From Heterodontus francisci (taxonomy: Eukaryota), in contig NC_090380.1 in the NCBI RefSeq assembly GCF_036365525.1, positions 87,243,658 through 87,307,657 on the forward strand: a stretch of 64,000 nucleotides of DNA. Direction: 5' to 3'. Shown here in pieces: positions 24,980-37,240 of this stretch; the stretch's first letter is position 1, and the number at the start of each line of letters is the position of its first letter. Under the pieces are notes generated by a model. The model was given only the letters and a program-made list of their open reading frames with translations, searched no databases and was not told where the DNA came from. Made by a program: the position numbers and the translations under genes.

Positions 24980-25175
24980 ACATAGAATCAGAAAATGGTT
25001 ACAGCACAAAGGAGGCAATTCACCCATCGTGTCTGTGCCAGCTCTCTGCGAGAGCAACTCACTTAGTCCCACTCCCATGCCTTTCCCCTTAGTCCTGGAA
25101 TTTTTTTCTCGAGACAAATATCCAGTTCTCTTTTCAAGGCCTCGCTTTGAATCTGCCTCCACCACATGCTGAATA
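24980..25175 (-). mobile_element. CR1 3' end fragment
   Basis: catagaatcaga...ttacagcacaaaggaggc...gaatctgcctccacc, the CR1 3' UTR pattern; a similar fragment is at about 40720-40920. Confidence 0.65.
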
Positions 25176-27344
25176 CTAGAAAAATAAATACAGTTGTGCA
25201 TGAAAATTAATCATAAGTATTCTGTGAACCAGTTCTTTTCCTCTTTTTTTTTAATGTGCAACTTAATGTCAACTTTTTGATGACCTTGCTTTTGTCGCCA
25301 GTTAATATTGTTTTGAAATTAGGGTGAGTTGAATAAAGCATCTTTACGTTTCAAGATATTTTTGAGGTATCCAATGTAATAATTGAATTGCAAACTAATA
25401 TTGCAAAATAAACTTGATGCTTTTGTACAAAAATAGAATTATGTGCTGGATAGTGGTTGACAACAGTGTTAAAGGTTTATAATCTATAAAGTGTGTCTTT
25501 TACAGATGATTTACTTCAGGGTGTGATGCACCTCAGAGTGCTTTCCACATTCGAACAAGCTTTATCTGTTTGTGATCGGCACAGATCATGTCCATTATAT
25601 TTGCTTAACTCTGCACCATCATCTATTATTTTGAAATAATTGCAGTTAATACTTTATGCATATGTGGAAAGTGGAGATCTTGCATTCCTTTATATGTGGC
25701 ACATGCCCTTATCAACAGTGTAATGTGTTTCGAATCTCAAATCTCCCATGAGTAGCTTATTTCTATATTGCAGGATTGAATGTGCTGATGCTTTGGAATT
25801 CACCCTGTTTATATTATAGATTCAGATCACAAGTAGCATTGGGGAAAGGTGCACAGTTGTTGAAAAGGGTGTTTACAATCTCACCCTTTTGCCATTGGTA
25901 TGCAGTACCTCTAGTGCTGAAGAGAAAAGCTATTTGAAGATGTGATGCTTTGGTACCAGCGGTGCTCGTGTTATTTCTCTTGTATTACAGTCCTGCCCCT
26001 GGACATGGAGGTGCCTCTGGCAAATTGCAGCATTCAAGTTCCCAACTTCAATGTCCACCTGTGACTCAGAAAATTCTAATCTCGAGATTTGTATGCAAAG
26101 ACTAGGAGCAAAGACATTTCCCATGTTTCCCCCCCCCCTGCAGCAAGAGGAAGGGATTTAAGGGTTGTGGAGAAAGGGGCTGACATTTCCTGTTTCAAAA
26201 AAAACTTTAAAAATGCTTAACAAATTTTTTTTTCCTAATTTGGGTCCCTTTGAACCACTTGCTACCTTCTAACAGAGAGGATCTGGCATATAGCTTATTC
26301 CCAAGCCAATACTCGTTTATTAAAATACTGGTAGTTGCACAAGAGAGCCCAGGTGACTTGTTCTGTACAGATTTTCTCCTCTTTACACTCAGGGATAATG
26401 CCTCACCACTGGTAAGGAAGGTTTGTGGGAACCATGGGCGTAAAGGAAGAATTTTTTTCCCAAATGCTACAGATGATTTAATGCAGCAGTGAAGCAATAG
26501 CCATCCATAAAAGTATAATTTACGCATTGAATGTTGAAGGTATTTATTCAAATCATGACTGCTTCTGTTTGTCTTTCCCTCTACAACTGTTTTCTGTCTT
26601 AATTCAGCATTGTGAAAGATTCAGGTTTTTTGGGGGGATAATTACATTTATAATTTTGCAGTGATCAGTGCTTTGATCTTTTTCTGGATAAGATATTGGC
26701 ATAGAATCACTTGAGTTTAATATCCTTTTTGTGGATTTATCTGACGGCCATTATTTGTTGAAGAATTTAGAATTCTCTCAATTTGGTAACTTTTTTTTAT
26801 TTTTGGATTTAGCAGTTTCAAAAGCAGACAGTTGCAATCTCTGTTCCATTTGAGTTGAATTGGAATTCAATTTTTTCCCCACAAGTGGTCAGTTAAAGAA
26901 GGTAGAAAGTGGCACTTGTTGTATAAAGTGCATTGGACTACCCCTCTCTTTTTAAAAAAAAAAAAATCCTCACTTTTGTACAGTTCTTTTGATTTTTATG
27001 AAGAACTACAATTCTGGATATCTGTGCCTCCAAAGCCACTCTAGTAACCTGGATTCTCGAGCAGCATGCATATCTTCCAGAGTAATTCTATGGGTTTGAT
27101 TATCCCTGTGTATTTTGCACTGGCTCAAAGACCTATTTGGATCTGCCTGAGCTGGGAAACGTCAATATTGATATTTCAGGTATTTCCATCAGTTTATCTT
27201 TTTGATCTTTTAATCTTTTTTTTTTCTTCAAGGTGGTGACCAATGCTGGGATGTAGTTCTAATCTCTCTCCCAATTGTCCATTCTTATGGGACTATATAT
27301 TATGTTACATAGAAACATAGAAAATAGGAGCAGGAATAGGCCAT

Positions 27345-30300
27345 TCTTTTATTTTCATTCATGGGATGTGGGCGACGCTGGCCAGGCCAGCATTTAATGC
27401 CCATCCCTAATTGCCCTCGAGAAGGTGGTGGTGAGTTGCCTTCTTGAACTGCTGCAGTCCATTTGGGGTAGGTATACCCACAGTGCTGTTAGAAAGGTAG
27501 TTCCAGGATTTTGACCCGGCGACAGTGAAGGAATGGTGATATAGTTCCAAGTCAGGATGGTGTGTGACTTGGAGGGGAACTTGCAGGTGGTGGTGTTCTC
27601 ATGTATTTGTTGCCCTTGTCCTTCTAGTTGGTAGAGGTCGCGGGTTTGGAAGGTGCTGTCTAAGGAGCCTTGGTGCATTGCTGCAGTGCATCTTGTAGAT
27701 GGTACACACTGCTGCCACTGTGCGTCGGTGGTGGAGGGAGTGAATGTTTGTAGATTGGGTGCAAATCAAGCGGGCTGCTTTGTCCTGGATGGTGTCGAGC
27801 TTCTTGAGTGCTGTTGGAGCTGCACCCATCCAGGCAAGTGGAGAGTATTCCATCACGCTCCTGACTTGTGCCTTGTAGATGGTGGGCAGGCTTTGGGGAG
27901 TCAGGAGGTGAGTTACTCGCCTCAGGATTCCTAGCCTCTGACCTGCTCTTGTAGCCACAGTATTTATATGGCTACTCCAGTTCAGTTTCTGGTCAATGGT
28001 AACCCCTAGGATGTTGATAGTGGGGGATTCAGCGATGGTAATGCTGTTGAATGTCAAGGGGAGATGGTTAGATTCTCTCTTGTTGGAGATGGTCATTGCC
28101 TGGCACTTGTGTGGCGCAAATGTTACTTGCCACTTATCAGCCCAAGCCTGGATATTGTCCAGGTCTTGCTGCATTTCTACACGGACTGCCTCAGTATCTG
28201 AGGAGTCACGGTGCTGAACATTGTGCAATCATCCGCGAACATCCCCATTTCTGACCTTATGATTGAAGGAAGGTCATTGATGAAGCCGCTGAAGATGGTT
28301 GGGCCTAGAACACTACCCTGAGGAACTTCTGCAGTGATGTTCTGGAGCTCAGGTGATTGACCTCCAACAACCACAACCATCTTCCTTTGCGCTAGGTATG
28401 ACTCCAGCCAGCGGAGGGTTTTCCCCCTGATTCCCATTGACCTCAGTTTTGCTCGGGCTCCTTGATGCCATACTCGGTCAAATGCTGCCTTGATGTCAAG
28501 GGCAGTCACTCTCACCTCACCTCTTGAGTTCAGCTGTTTTGTCCATGTTTGAACCAAGGCTGTAATGAAGTCAGGAGCTGAGTGGCCCTGGCGGAACCCA
28601 AACTGAGCGTCACTGAGCTGGTTATTGCTAAGCAAGTGCTGCTTGATGGCATTGTTGATGACACCTTCCATCACTTTACTGATGATTGAGAGTAGGCTGA
28701 TGGGGCGGTAATTGGCCGGGTTGGAATTGTCCTGCTTTTTGTGTACAGGATATACCTGGACAATTTTCCACATTGCAGGGTAGATGCCAGTGTTGTAGCT
28801 GTACTGGAACAGCTTGGCTAGGGGCGCGGCAAGTTCTGGAGCACAGGTCTTCAGTACTATTGCCGGAATATTGTCAGGGCCTATAGCTTTTGCAGTGTCC
28901 AGTGCCTTCATTCGTTTCTTAATATCACGCGGAGTGAATCGAATTGGCTGAAGTCTGGCATCTGTGATGCTGGGGACTTCAGGAGGAGGCTGAGATGGAT
29001 CATCAACTTGGCACTTCTGGCTGAAGATTGTGGCCAATGCTTCAGTCTTATCTTTCGCACTGATGTGCTGGGCTCCCCCATCATTGAGGATGGGGATATT
29101 TGTGGAGCCACCTCCTCCAGTTAGTTGTTTAATTGTCCACCACCATTCACGGCTGGATGTGGCAGGACTGCAGAGCTTAGATCTGATCCGTTGGTTATGG
29201 GATCGCTTAGCTCTGTCTATTGCATGCTGCTTATGCAGTTTGGCACGCAGATAGTCCTGTGTTGTAGCTTCACCATGTTGACACCTCATTTTGAGGTATG
29301 CCTGGTGCTGCTTCTGGCATGCCCTCCTGCACTCTTCATTGAACCAGGGTTGGTCTCCTGGCTTGATGGTAATGGTAGAGTGGGGGATATGCTGGGCCAT
29401 GAGGTTACAGATTGTGGTTGAGTACAATTCTGCTGCTGCTGATGGCTCACAGCGCCTCATGGATGCCTAGTTTTGCATTGCTAGATCTGTTCAAAATCTA
29501 TCCCATTTAGCACGGTGATAGTGCCACACAACCCGAAGGAGGGTATCCTCAATGTAAAGGCGGGACTTCGTCTCCACAAGGACTGTGCGGTGGTCACTCC
29601 TACCAATACAGTCATGGTCAGAAGCATCTGCAGCAGGCAGATTGGTGAGGATGAGGTCAAGTATGTTTTTCCCTTGTGTTGGTTCCTCCACCACCTGCCG
29701 CAGACCCAGTCTAGCAGCTCTGTCCTATAGGACTCGGCCAGCTCGGTCAGTAGTGGTGCTACCGAGCCACTCTTGGTGATGGACATTGAAGTCCCCCACC
29801 CAGAGTACATTTTGTGCCTTTGCCACCCTCGGTGCTTCCTCCAAGTGGTGTTCAACATGGAGGAGTACTGACTCATCAGCTGAGGGAGGGCAGTAAGTGG
29901 TAATCAGTAGGAGGTTACCTTGCCCATATTTGACCTGATTTCATGAGACTTCATGGGGTCCGGAGTCGATTGTTGAGGACTCCCAGGGCAACTCCCTCCC
30001 TACTGTATACTGCTGGGTCTGTCCTGCTGGTGGGACAGGACATACCCAGGGATAGTGATTGCAGTGTCTGGGACATTGTCTGTAAGGTATGATTCCGTGA
30101 GTATGATTGTCAGGTTGTTGCTTGACTAGTCTGTGGGACAAGCCCCCAGATGTTAGTAAGGAGGACTTTGCAGGGTCGACAGGGCTGGGTTTGCCGTTGT
30201 CGTTTCCGGTGCGTAGATCGATGCCGGGTGGTCTGTCCGGTTTCATTCCTTTTTATTAACTTTGTAGCGGTTAGGTACAACTGAGTGGCTTGCTAGGCCA

Positions 30301-30570
30301 TTTCAGAGGGCATTTAAGAGTCAACCACATTGCTGTGGGTCTGGAGTCACATGTAGGCCAGACCAGGTAAGGACAGCAGATTTCCTTCCCTCGAGGACAT
30401 TAGTGAACCAGATGGGTTTTTACAACAATCGACAATGGTTTCATGGCCATCATTAGACTAGCTTTTAATTCCAGATTTATTAATTAAATTCAAATTCCAC
30501 CTTCTGCTGTGGTGGGATTCAAACCCATGTCCCCAGAGAAATACCCTGGGTCTCTGGGTTACTAGTCCAA
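27345..30570 (-). mobile_element. Near full-length single-ORF APE-RT LINE (CR1/L2 supergroup, clade unassigned) with a tRNA-derived 5' head
   Basis: APE remnants (KVLLTNIWGL, QQPD, NILDLILTN, SDHRTV) and RT motifs ([34 protein letters not shown]) across ORFs 29941-30246, 29491-29694, 28177-29460 and 27599-28228. B-box-like GGTTTGAATCC on minus at 30515-30525. Confidence 0.9.
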
Positions 30571-30753
30571 TCCCTTTGGGCCTGCTCCGCCATTCAAAAA
30601 GGATCATGGCTGATTGTCTAATTCAGTACCCTGTTCCTGCTTTCTCCCCATATCCCTTAATCCCTTTGGCATTGAAAAAAAATCTATCTCCTTTTGAATA
30701 TATTTAATGACTTGATCTCCATTGCCTTCTGCGGTAGAGAATTCCACAGATTA

Positions 30754-31100
30754 GGGCGGCGCAGTGGTTAGCACTGCAGCCTCACAACTCCAGCGACCCG
30801 GGTTCGATTCTGGGTACTGCCTGTGCGGAGTTTGCAAGTTCTCCCTGTGACTGCGTGGGTTTTTGCCGGGTGCTCCGGTTTCCTCCCACAGCCAAAGACT
30901 TGCAGGTTGATGAGTAAATTGGCCATTATAAATTGCCCCGAGTATAGGTAGGTGGTAGGGGAATGTCGGGACAAGTGGGGATGTGGTCGGAATATGGGAT
31001 TAGTGTAGGATTAGTATAAATGGGTGGTTGATGGTCGGCACAGACTCGGTGGGCCGAAGGCCCTGTTTCCGTGCTGTATCTCTAAATAAATAAAATAAAT
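30754..31100 (+). mobile_element. HE1-like V-SINE, full length
   Basis: A-box ggcgcagtgg, B-box ggttcgattc, V domain and CR1-like tail (taaa)n. Same family as 14232-14570. Confidence 0.9.
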
Positions 31101-31796
31101 ATTCACCACCCTCCTGAGTGAAGAAATTTCTCCTCCTCTCAGTTCTAAATGGCATACCCTGTATCCTGAGACTGTGAGCCCTGGTTCTGGACTCTCCATC
31201 CTCCCTGCATCTAGTCTGTCTCGTCCTGTTAGAATTTTATAGGTTTCTGTGAGATCCCCTCTCATTTTTCTAAACGCTAGTGAATATAGGCCTAGTCGAC
31301 CCAATCTCTCCTCGTACGTCAAGCCTGCCATCCCAGGAATCAGCCTAGTAAATCTTCTTTGCTCTCGCTCCATGGCAAGAACATCCTTCCTCAGATAAGG
31401 AGACCAAAACTGCACACAATACTCCAAATGTGGTCTCACCAAGGCCCTATACAACTGCAGTCAGACATCCTTGTTCATGTTGATGAGCTATTCACCTGTA
31501 AGGGCTATCATAATTGAGCTGGTCTTGTCCTTAATTGTAGAAGATGGACAGAAAAGTTTTGAGTTGAAATCCTCAAAACTCCTTGTTCCTTTCAAGTTCT
31601 GTAAAGCCCATGGATTTGAATATTGCAACCTTGTTTATCTCGAGTGGTGATAAATTCCAAATTGATTCACTCTATAGTCCTATTTGGACCAGAATTTCTG
31701 AGGATGTCCTCCAAAGCCACTCTAGTAACCTGTTCTTCATCTGCAGCATTGCACAAATGTCAGACAGTCGGTCATCTGTAAGACCAAAACAATAAC

Positions 31797-34700
31797 TAAT
31801 ATTACTTGTTCTTTTGGTATGTGGACTATTGTAAGAGTCACAGGTACACAAAGCTACTGCAGGAGCCAAACCAACACACACCTCACTCTGTCAGGCTACA
31901 CCCACAACTCCCTGGTCGTGTGTGATGCAACATCGCTTCCTCCAGCGACCTTCACTTACACACAACAACCCCCATTTTTCCAAAGATAAAAACATATGTA
32001 TAATAAAACATTATTTACAAATAAGCAAGTTTAACACTCTCTAAAACGTAGAGGAGGATTGCTTATTTGTCCCAATCTTGTTGTTTTAAACCTCTTCCCA
32101 GAGCTGAGTTTGTCTTTTCGATTTCTTTGACTGTGGCGACTTGGAACTCTGGTTAGCATGTTCTTCCTCTGTGCTCATAGCCTCTGTATGTTCATCTTCA
32201 GGCTTTGTCTTTGAACGTGTCCATGATGCCACAGGGTGGTCACATGTTGTGTTGTACAGCTTTCTGAGCTGACTTCGGTTCCGTCTGAGATTCGCACCAT
32301 TGAGTGTCTGGACCTCGTACAATCTGGGTTGGTCGCATATCCTAGAAACCTCTGCAGGATACCAAGTTCCCAACCTTCTGTCCCACTTGCAATTGAACTA
32401 CTTTTGGTCCTGTTTGCCTGTCATACAATGCCTTCATCTTCCCTTGCTCAGAAAGCTCAGAGAAATGATGACTGGCAACATCACCGGCAGTCCCTCTGGC
32501 CTCCATGTACTTACTGCAACGGACTGAAGCCCAAGGAGAGACTACTGGTCATGTCGTCTCTTCGTTTCAAGATGCCCAGCATTTGTATCCTTTACATGGA
32601 CTGACCCAATATACTTGATCTGGATATTTTCTACTATATTTGATGCATTACTGACGACTTGTGGGGAGGTGGTGGCATAGTGGTAATGTTGCTATATGAG
32701 TAATCCAGAGGTCCAGGCTAATGTCCTGGGGACACTGGTTCAAATCCCACCATGGCAGCTGGTGGAATTTAATTTCAGTTAAATAATTCAATTAATTAAT
32801 CTGGAATTGAAAGCTGTTCTTAGTTTCATGGTGCCATTACTATCATTGATTGTCGTAAAAACCCATTTGGTTTACTAATGACCCTTGGGGAAGGAAATCT
32901 GCCATCCTTAACTATGCTGGTTTACATGTTACTCCAGACCCACATCAATGTGGTTGACTCTGAACAGCCCTCGGGTGTCAAGGGCAATTAGGCAACAAAT
33001 GCTGGCCTTGCCAGCGCCACCCACATCGCGTGAAAGAATAAAAAAAAATTGTGACGATTCGTAAATCTTGGCATACTGGAAGTCTTATGACAGCTGGTCC
33101 AGTTGTGTCTACAATATAAAACATTCATGGTATTCATCTGGAGCTCCCATAGCTGCACTGCAAGGATATCATTCCAATGCACTTGATTGGAGAACCATTG
33201 ATGGCAGTCAGCCTAAATGTGGTGGGGTCATACCATAGATTCCCATTTCCTTAAGTACATGTCCTTCAGTATGTGGATGGGCAGAATATTTGCACTTGTT
33301 CTGGTGGTTTGAGCTTATGCTTTCCACTCTTTTGCAGATATATAGTCATGATCGTGGCAAATGCCTCAGATTGCATAATAGCATTGACGTTGATCCAAAT
33401 TAACAATGTGAAATGCTTGCTTGCTCTTCGCATTAGTGCATTCTTCACCTGTGTTCTCCTGACAATCTGTCTCTTTGCTGACCTGATGTACCTGCTTGGG
33501 CTTTTGTTCTGTATTAGCATACCTTTTGTTGCATTTGCTATTCTGTCTTGCAGATGTTCTCTGCCAGCATTCCTGTGTGCAGTATCTGAGCTCAGCCTTC
33601 TGCACTGCCTTCCTAATGTCCTTGCATGCCACAAGCTTTGCACTGGCCCTGGTACGCCAGACAACTGCGAATTGGGTGAGTCAGGCCACATTTGCCAGCA
33701 GGCCTAGCAGACTTCTGACCCTTGGTTACCATACCAATTGTTGTAGCCACCTCCAACACTTGTAACTGTTGGCACCCAGCCATGATGGCTTCAGATTTCC
33801 TTCCATCACTGAGTAGTGCATCTATGATATGCCCTTTCTCCTTTTCTAGCAGGTCTTTTTGAAAGGCCTCTATTGGAGTAGATGCGATTACTGGCTCTAT
33901 TACCCGCCCCAGCAATTCATTATCTGCAAAGTCGCATTCTTGAGCTTTGTCTCGGCACCTTCCAACAAACTGGTCAATGGACTCATCTTGCCTTTGCCAG
34001 TAGGTCATCAGCTCAAGCCTCAGCAATTGACCATCACCTTGAGTTGCTGCTTCAGGAATGTCCATAGCTTGCTTGGGTCAGCTGACAATCCTGATGTGTT
34101 GATCTGTTCTAGGCCCTTGTTGCCCAGTCCGATATTGATTTTTGATAGCTTATTTATTTGGTTCGCTCACTTCTTGATCTAGGAAACACTTCCATCTGTT
34201 GTTGAAACAATTTAAATTGAGATGCTGTGGATTCTTGAATACCATATTCTGGATGATCCTGCTGTTATATAAATATGGGGCTTTTTACAGTTACAGCTTT
34301 GTTTCCTTTTTTTTCTGGCCTGCCCCTTTTAAGAGTGAGCCTACAGCTGCCTTTGTTTACACTGCTTGTTATTTTTTAAACTGAGGGAGCAGTTCTTTGT
34401 TTAAAAGCTTTTTTTTTTAAAACTGAGAACAGGTTATTTTAAGAGGTCTGCAGCTTGTAGTACCAGCAGCTGCCACGGTCAGCCTTTTACTTTGCTAGAC
34501 CTCTAGTGGTGCTGTTGAGCACTTCCCTCTCTTTTCAGCTTAGGCCCTGCCCACTAAGCAAAAAAACTAGGAAAACTAAAGCAGTAATGGCTGTACTACT
34601 GCTTTACAAATTGTTCGACCCACTGCTAGATTAGGTGAAAGCTCCAATCTCCTGGAAAGTTTCCTACTGTACTCAACACCTCTTGGTCCTGTCTGTGGTC

Positions 34701-35122
34701 CTAGCTCGCATTGTTGTGGGGTCTCCTGCCAGCTGGATCTTCAGCCACTCCAGGTAGGCAGTCAGCTGTTCCTTGTTCTCTCCCAGTGTGGTGTTCAGGG
34801 AAAAAAAATCAAACATTGCCACGTTGTAGTATTTGATACTCTTCAGAAAAAATATATCCCAAACATTGCCACTATGTAATGTTACTTGTTCCTTTGGTAT
34901 GTGAACTATTGTAAGATTCACAGGACTACAAGTAATATTCAAAGGTTAAAATAAAAACCCACATTTTCTTACTAGAATATATATGCAGGAGCCACACTAG
35001 CGCATGCCTCACTCTGTCGGGCTACACCCACAACTCCCTGCTCGTGTGATGCAACGTCACTTCCTCTGGTGAGCTTCACTTACAGCTTCTTAAGGTGGTG
35101 CTCTTAAGGGCATTCCACAACA
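31797..35122 (-). mobile_element. Degenerate Ty3/Gypsy LTR retrotransposon with paired LTRs
   Basis: Direct repeats at about 31797-31967 and 34875-35122 (ttacttgttc.tttggtatgtg.actattgtaaga...ggctacacccacaactccctg...cacaaca). Gag remnant with a Cys/His knuckle at 33613-34065. Integrase C-terminus WYPAEV..PRLYEVQT..G..LRRNRSQL at 32086-32373. PPT-like aaaatggggg and possible TSD ataac/atcac. Confidence 0.8.
32664..33048 (+). mobile_element. tRNA-derived SINE composed of the head and tail of the 27345-30570 LINE
   Basis: A-box TGGCATAGTGG (32673-32683) and B-box GGTTCAAATCC (32737-32747). The body matches the LINE 5' region and the tail matches the LINE 3' end. TSD ttgtg at 32659-32663 and 33049-33053. 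Confidence 0.9.
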
Positions 35123-36014
35123 ATCACTAAACCAGATCTCTCTGCATGTTTATACCAAGAATATGAGTTGCAACGGAGTTAGTTTAAACATTTGCATAAT
35201 GTGATATAGCATCACAAACCTCTTGCTTTGGTAACTCTGTCCTTTGCACAAATATGGAATTAACCAGCACTTTCACAAGATTAGTGAAAGTATATTAATA
35301 AATGTGGAGGGGGGGAGGGGGGGGGAAACGATATGTCCTGTGTTACAAAGCTGAAACAAATGCTTGAACTTTGTGACTGCAAATTTGCTACTTCTTTCAA
35401 GATACTTTTTGAAATCTTCTTTAATAGGTCAGTTATGTGCAAATTAGATTGTGGCCTGAGATTTTTTTTATTAGATTAGAAAAGAGCTCTGCAGATGTGT
35501 GCATTTTAAAATAGTTCTTCGACTTTTTTGTTGCAATCTCAATCCAGAATAGAGCTCTTAACGTTTTTCATTTGTTCATTCTGTGTCCTAAAAATAGGGG
35601 AATTATTTTGCACACATTGTACCAAGGAACGCATCAAGCTGCAGAGATGGATTTTACTTCATTTAGATAAGCCATCTCCGTGTAAATATGCAAATCCATT
35701 GAAACATTTGTCATATGTGGCTTGAAGTAATAGTTTGCACAATGCACATGAAGTTTCAATAATGTTGCTTTCCCACTTTCCTAGTAACGTTCATTATTGA
35801 TATGTGAAAATCATTTTGCAAGTGTGCTTTTGGAGGCGGAGAAGAGAAGGGAAAACTAATTAATTTAGTACCCTAGCTTTACTTGTGTTTAATTGATCTA
35901 CAAAACTGTTAACACAGAAAATAGCTTTGAATCTTGTCAACTGTCAAGCTGCTTATGTAATAGTTACCAATTTTACAGATTTTTTCCAGAATAAATTTCC
36001 CGTGAGTCTGTCAA

Positions 36015-36825
36015 CAACAACTTGCATTTATAGAGCACTCTGAACATAGAAAAAATTCCCAAGATGTTTTAAAGGCATGATACAAAAATGGATACTGAAC
36101 CAAAGAAAATATTAGGTCAGATCACCAAATGTTTGATCAAAGAGGTAGGGTTTAAGGATTATCTTGAAGGGGGAAAGAGAGTTGGAGAGGTTTAGGGAGC
36201 AAATTATAGAGCTAAGGGCCTCAGCAGCTGAAGAGACAGCTGCCAGTGGTGGACTGATTAAAATTGGGGACGCGCAAGAGACCAGAATTGGAGGAGTGCA
36301 GATATCTCGGAGGATTGTATGGCAGGAGGAGGTTGCAGAGAGCGAAGGGTGAAACCATGGAGGGATTGAAAGCAAGGATGAAAATGATAAAATAGAGGTG
36401 CTGCTCAACCAGGAGCCAGTATAGGTCAGCGAGCACAGGGATGATGGCTGAACAGCACTTGATACAAGTTAGGATACGTGCAGCAGGGTTTTGGGTGAAC
36501 CTAAGTTTACGGAGGATGAAAAATGGGAGGCTAGTTGGGTGTTCGTTGGAACAGTCAAGTCTGGAGGTAACAAAGGCGTGGATGAGGGTTTCAGCATCAG
36601 ATGAGCTGAGGCTGGGACAGAATTGGGAAATGTTACGTAGATGGAAGTAGGTGGTCTTGTTGGTGTGGATGTGTGATTAACATCTCATCTCAGTCAAATA
36701 CTACGTCGCAGTTGTGAACAGTTTGGCTCAGTCTCTGATAGTTACCTGGGAGAGGGTTGGAGTTGGTGGTTAGGGAATGGAGTTGGTGGCGGGGGCCGGA
36801 ACAAAGGCTTCAGTCTTCCCAATAT
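36015..36825 (-). mobile_element. L2 LINE 3' portion
   Basis: Remnants LADLYWLLVEQHL and PRYLHSSNSGLL; tail caacaacaacttgcatttatagagc on plus. Similar to 21270-22570. Confidence 0.8.
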
Positions 36826-36842
36826 TTAAAGAAAAAAAGCAT

Positions 36843-37240
36843 GACTTGCATTTATATAGCGCCTTTCACAACCACAGGAAGACCCAAAGCACTTTGCAGC
36901 CAGTGAAATATTTTCGAAGTGTATCAATGTTGTAGGAAACTTTGCCACCAATCTGCACACAGCAAGCTTCCACAAACAGCAAGTGATTATGAACAGATAA
37001 TCTGCCTTTTTGTGATGTTGATTGAGATAAATATTGACTAAGGCACTATACTCGTTTTCAAAAAAGTGCAGTGGGATCTTTTATATCCACCTGAGAGGGC
37101 AGACAGAGCCTTGATTTAATGTTTCATCCAAAAAAATGGCACATCCAACAATGCAGCACGCCCTCAGTACTGCAATGGAGTGTCAGTCTTGATTTTTTTT
37201 TTGTGTTCCATCAAGTCCCACTCGAGGACCTGAGCAGGGA
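36843..37240 (-). mobile_element. DeuSINE/SacSINE1-like SINE
   Basis: Reverse-complement similarity to 9005-9430 (cttgcatttatatagcgcctttc...gggatcttttatatccacctgag...ccctcagtactgca.tggagtgtcag). Confidence 0.75.

Larger units (their letters stand above)
27305..31480 (-). mobile_element. CR1 3' fragment hosting two nested insertions (LINE 27345-30570, V-SINE 30754-31100)
   Basis: The tail catagaaacatagaaaataggagcagg..taggccattc resumes at 30571 (cccttt..gcctgctccgccattc) and again at 31101. RT C-terminus YRALVRPHLEYCVQFWSP at 31011-31454. Confidence 0.85.

Noticed and set aside
30754-30830. tRNA genes suggested by A/B boxes (also at 9005, 14232, 32664 and 60211)
   Set aside because: Each continues into a SINE or LINE body, with no complete cloverleaf or terminator.
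33273-33707. Hydrophobic, Cys-rich 144-aa ORF resembling a membrane protein
   Set aside because: It is the antisense shadow of the Gypsy gag-protease region. The many other short antisense ORFs over LINEs were rejected for the same reason.
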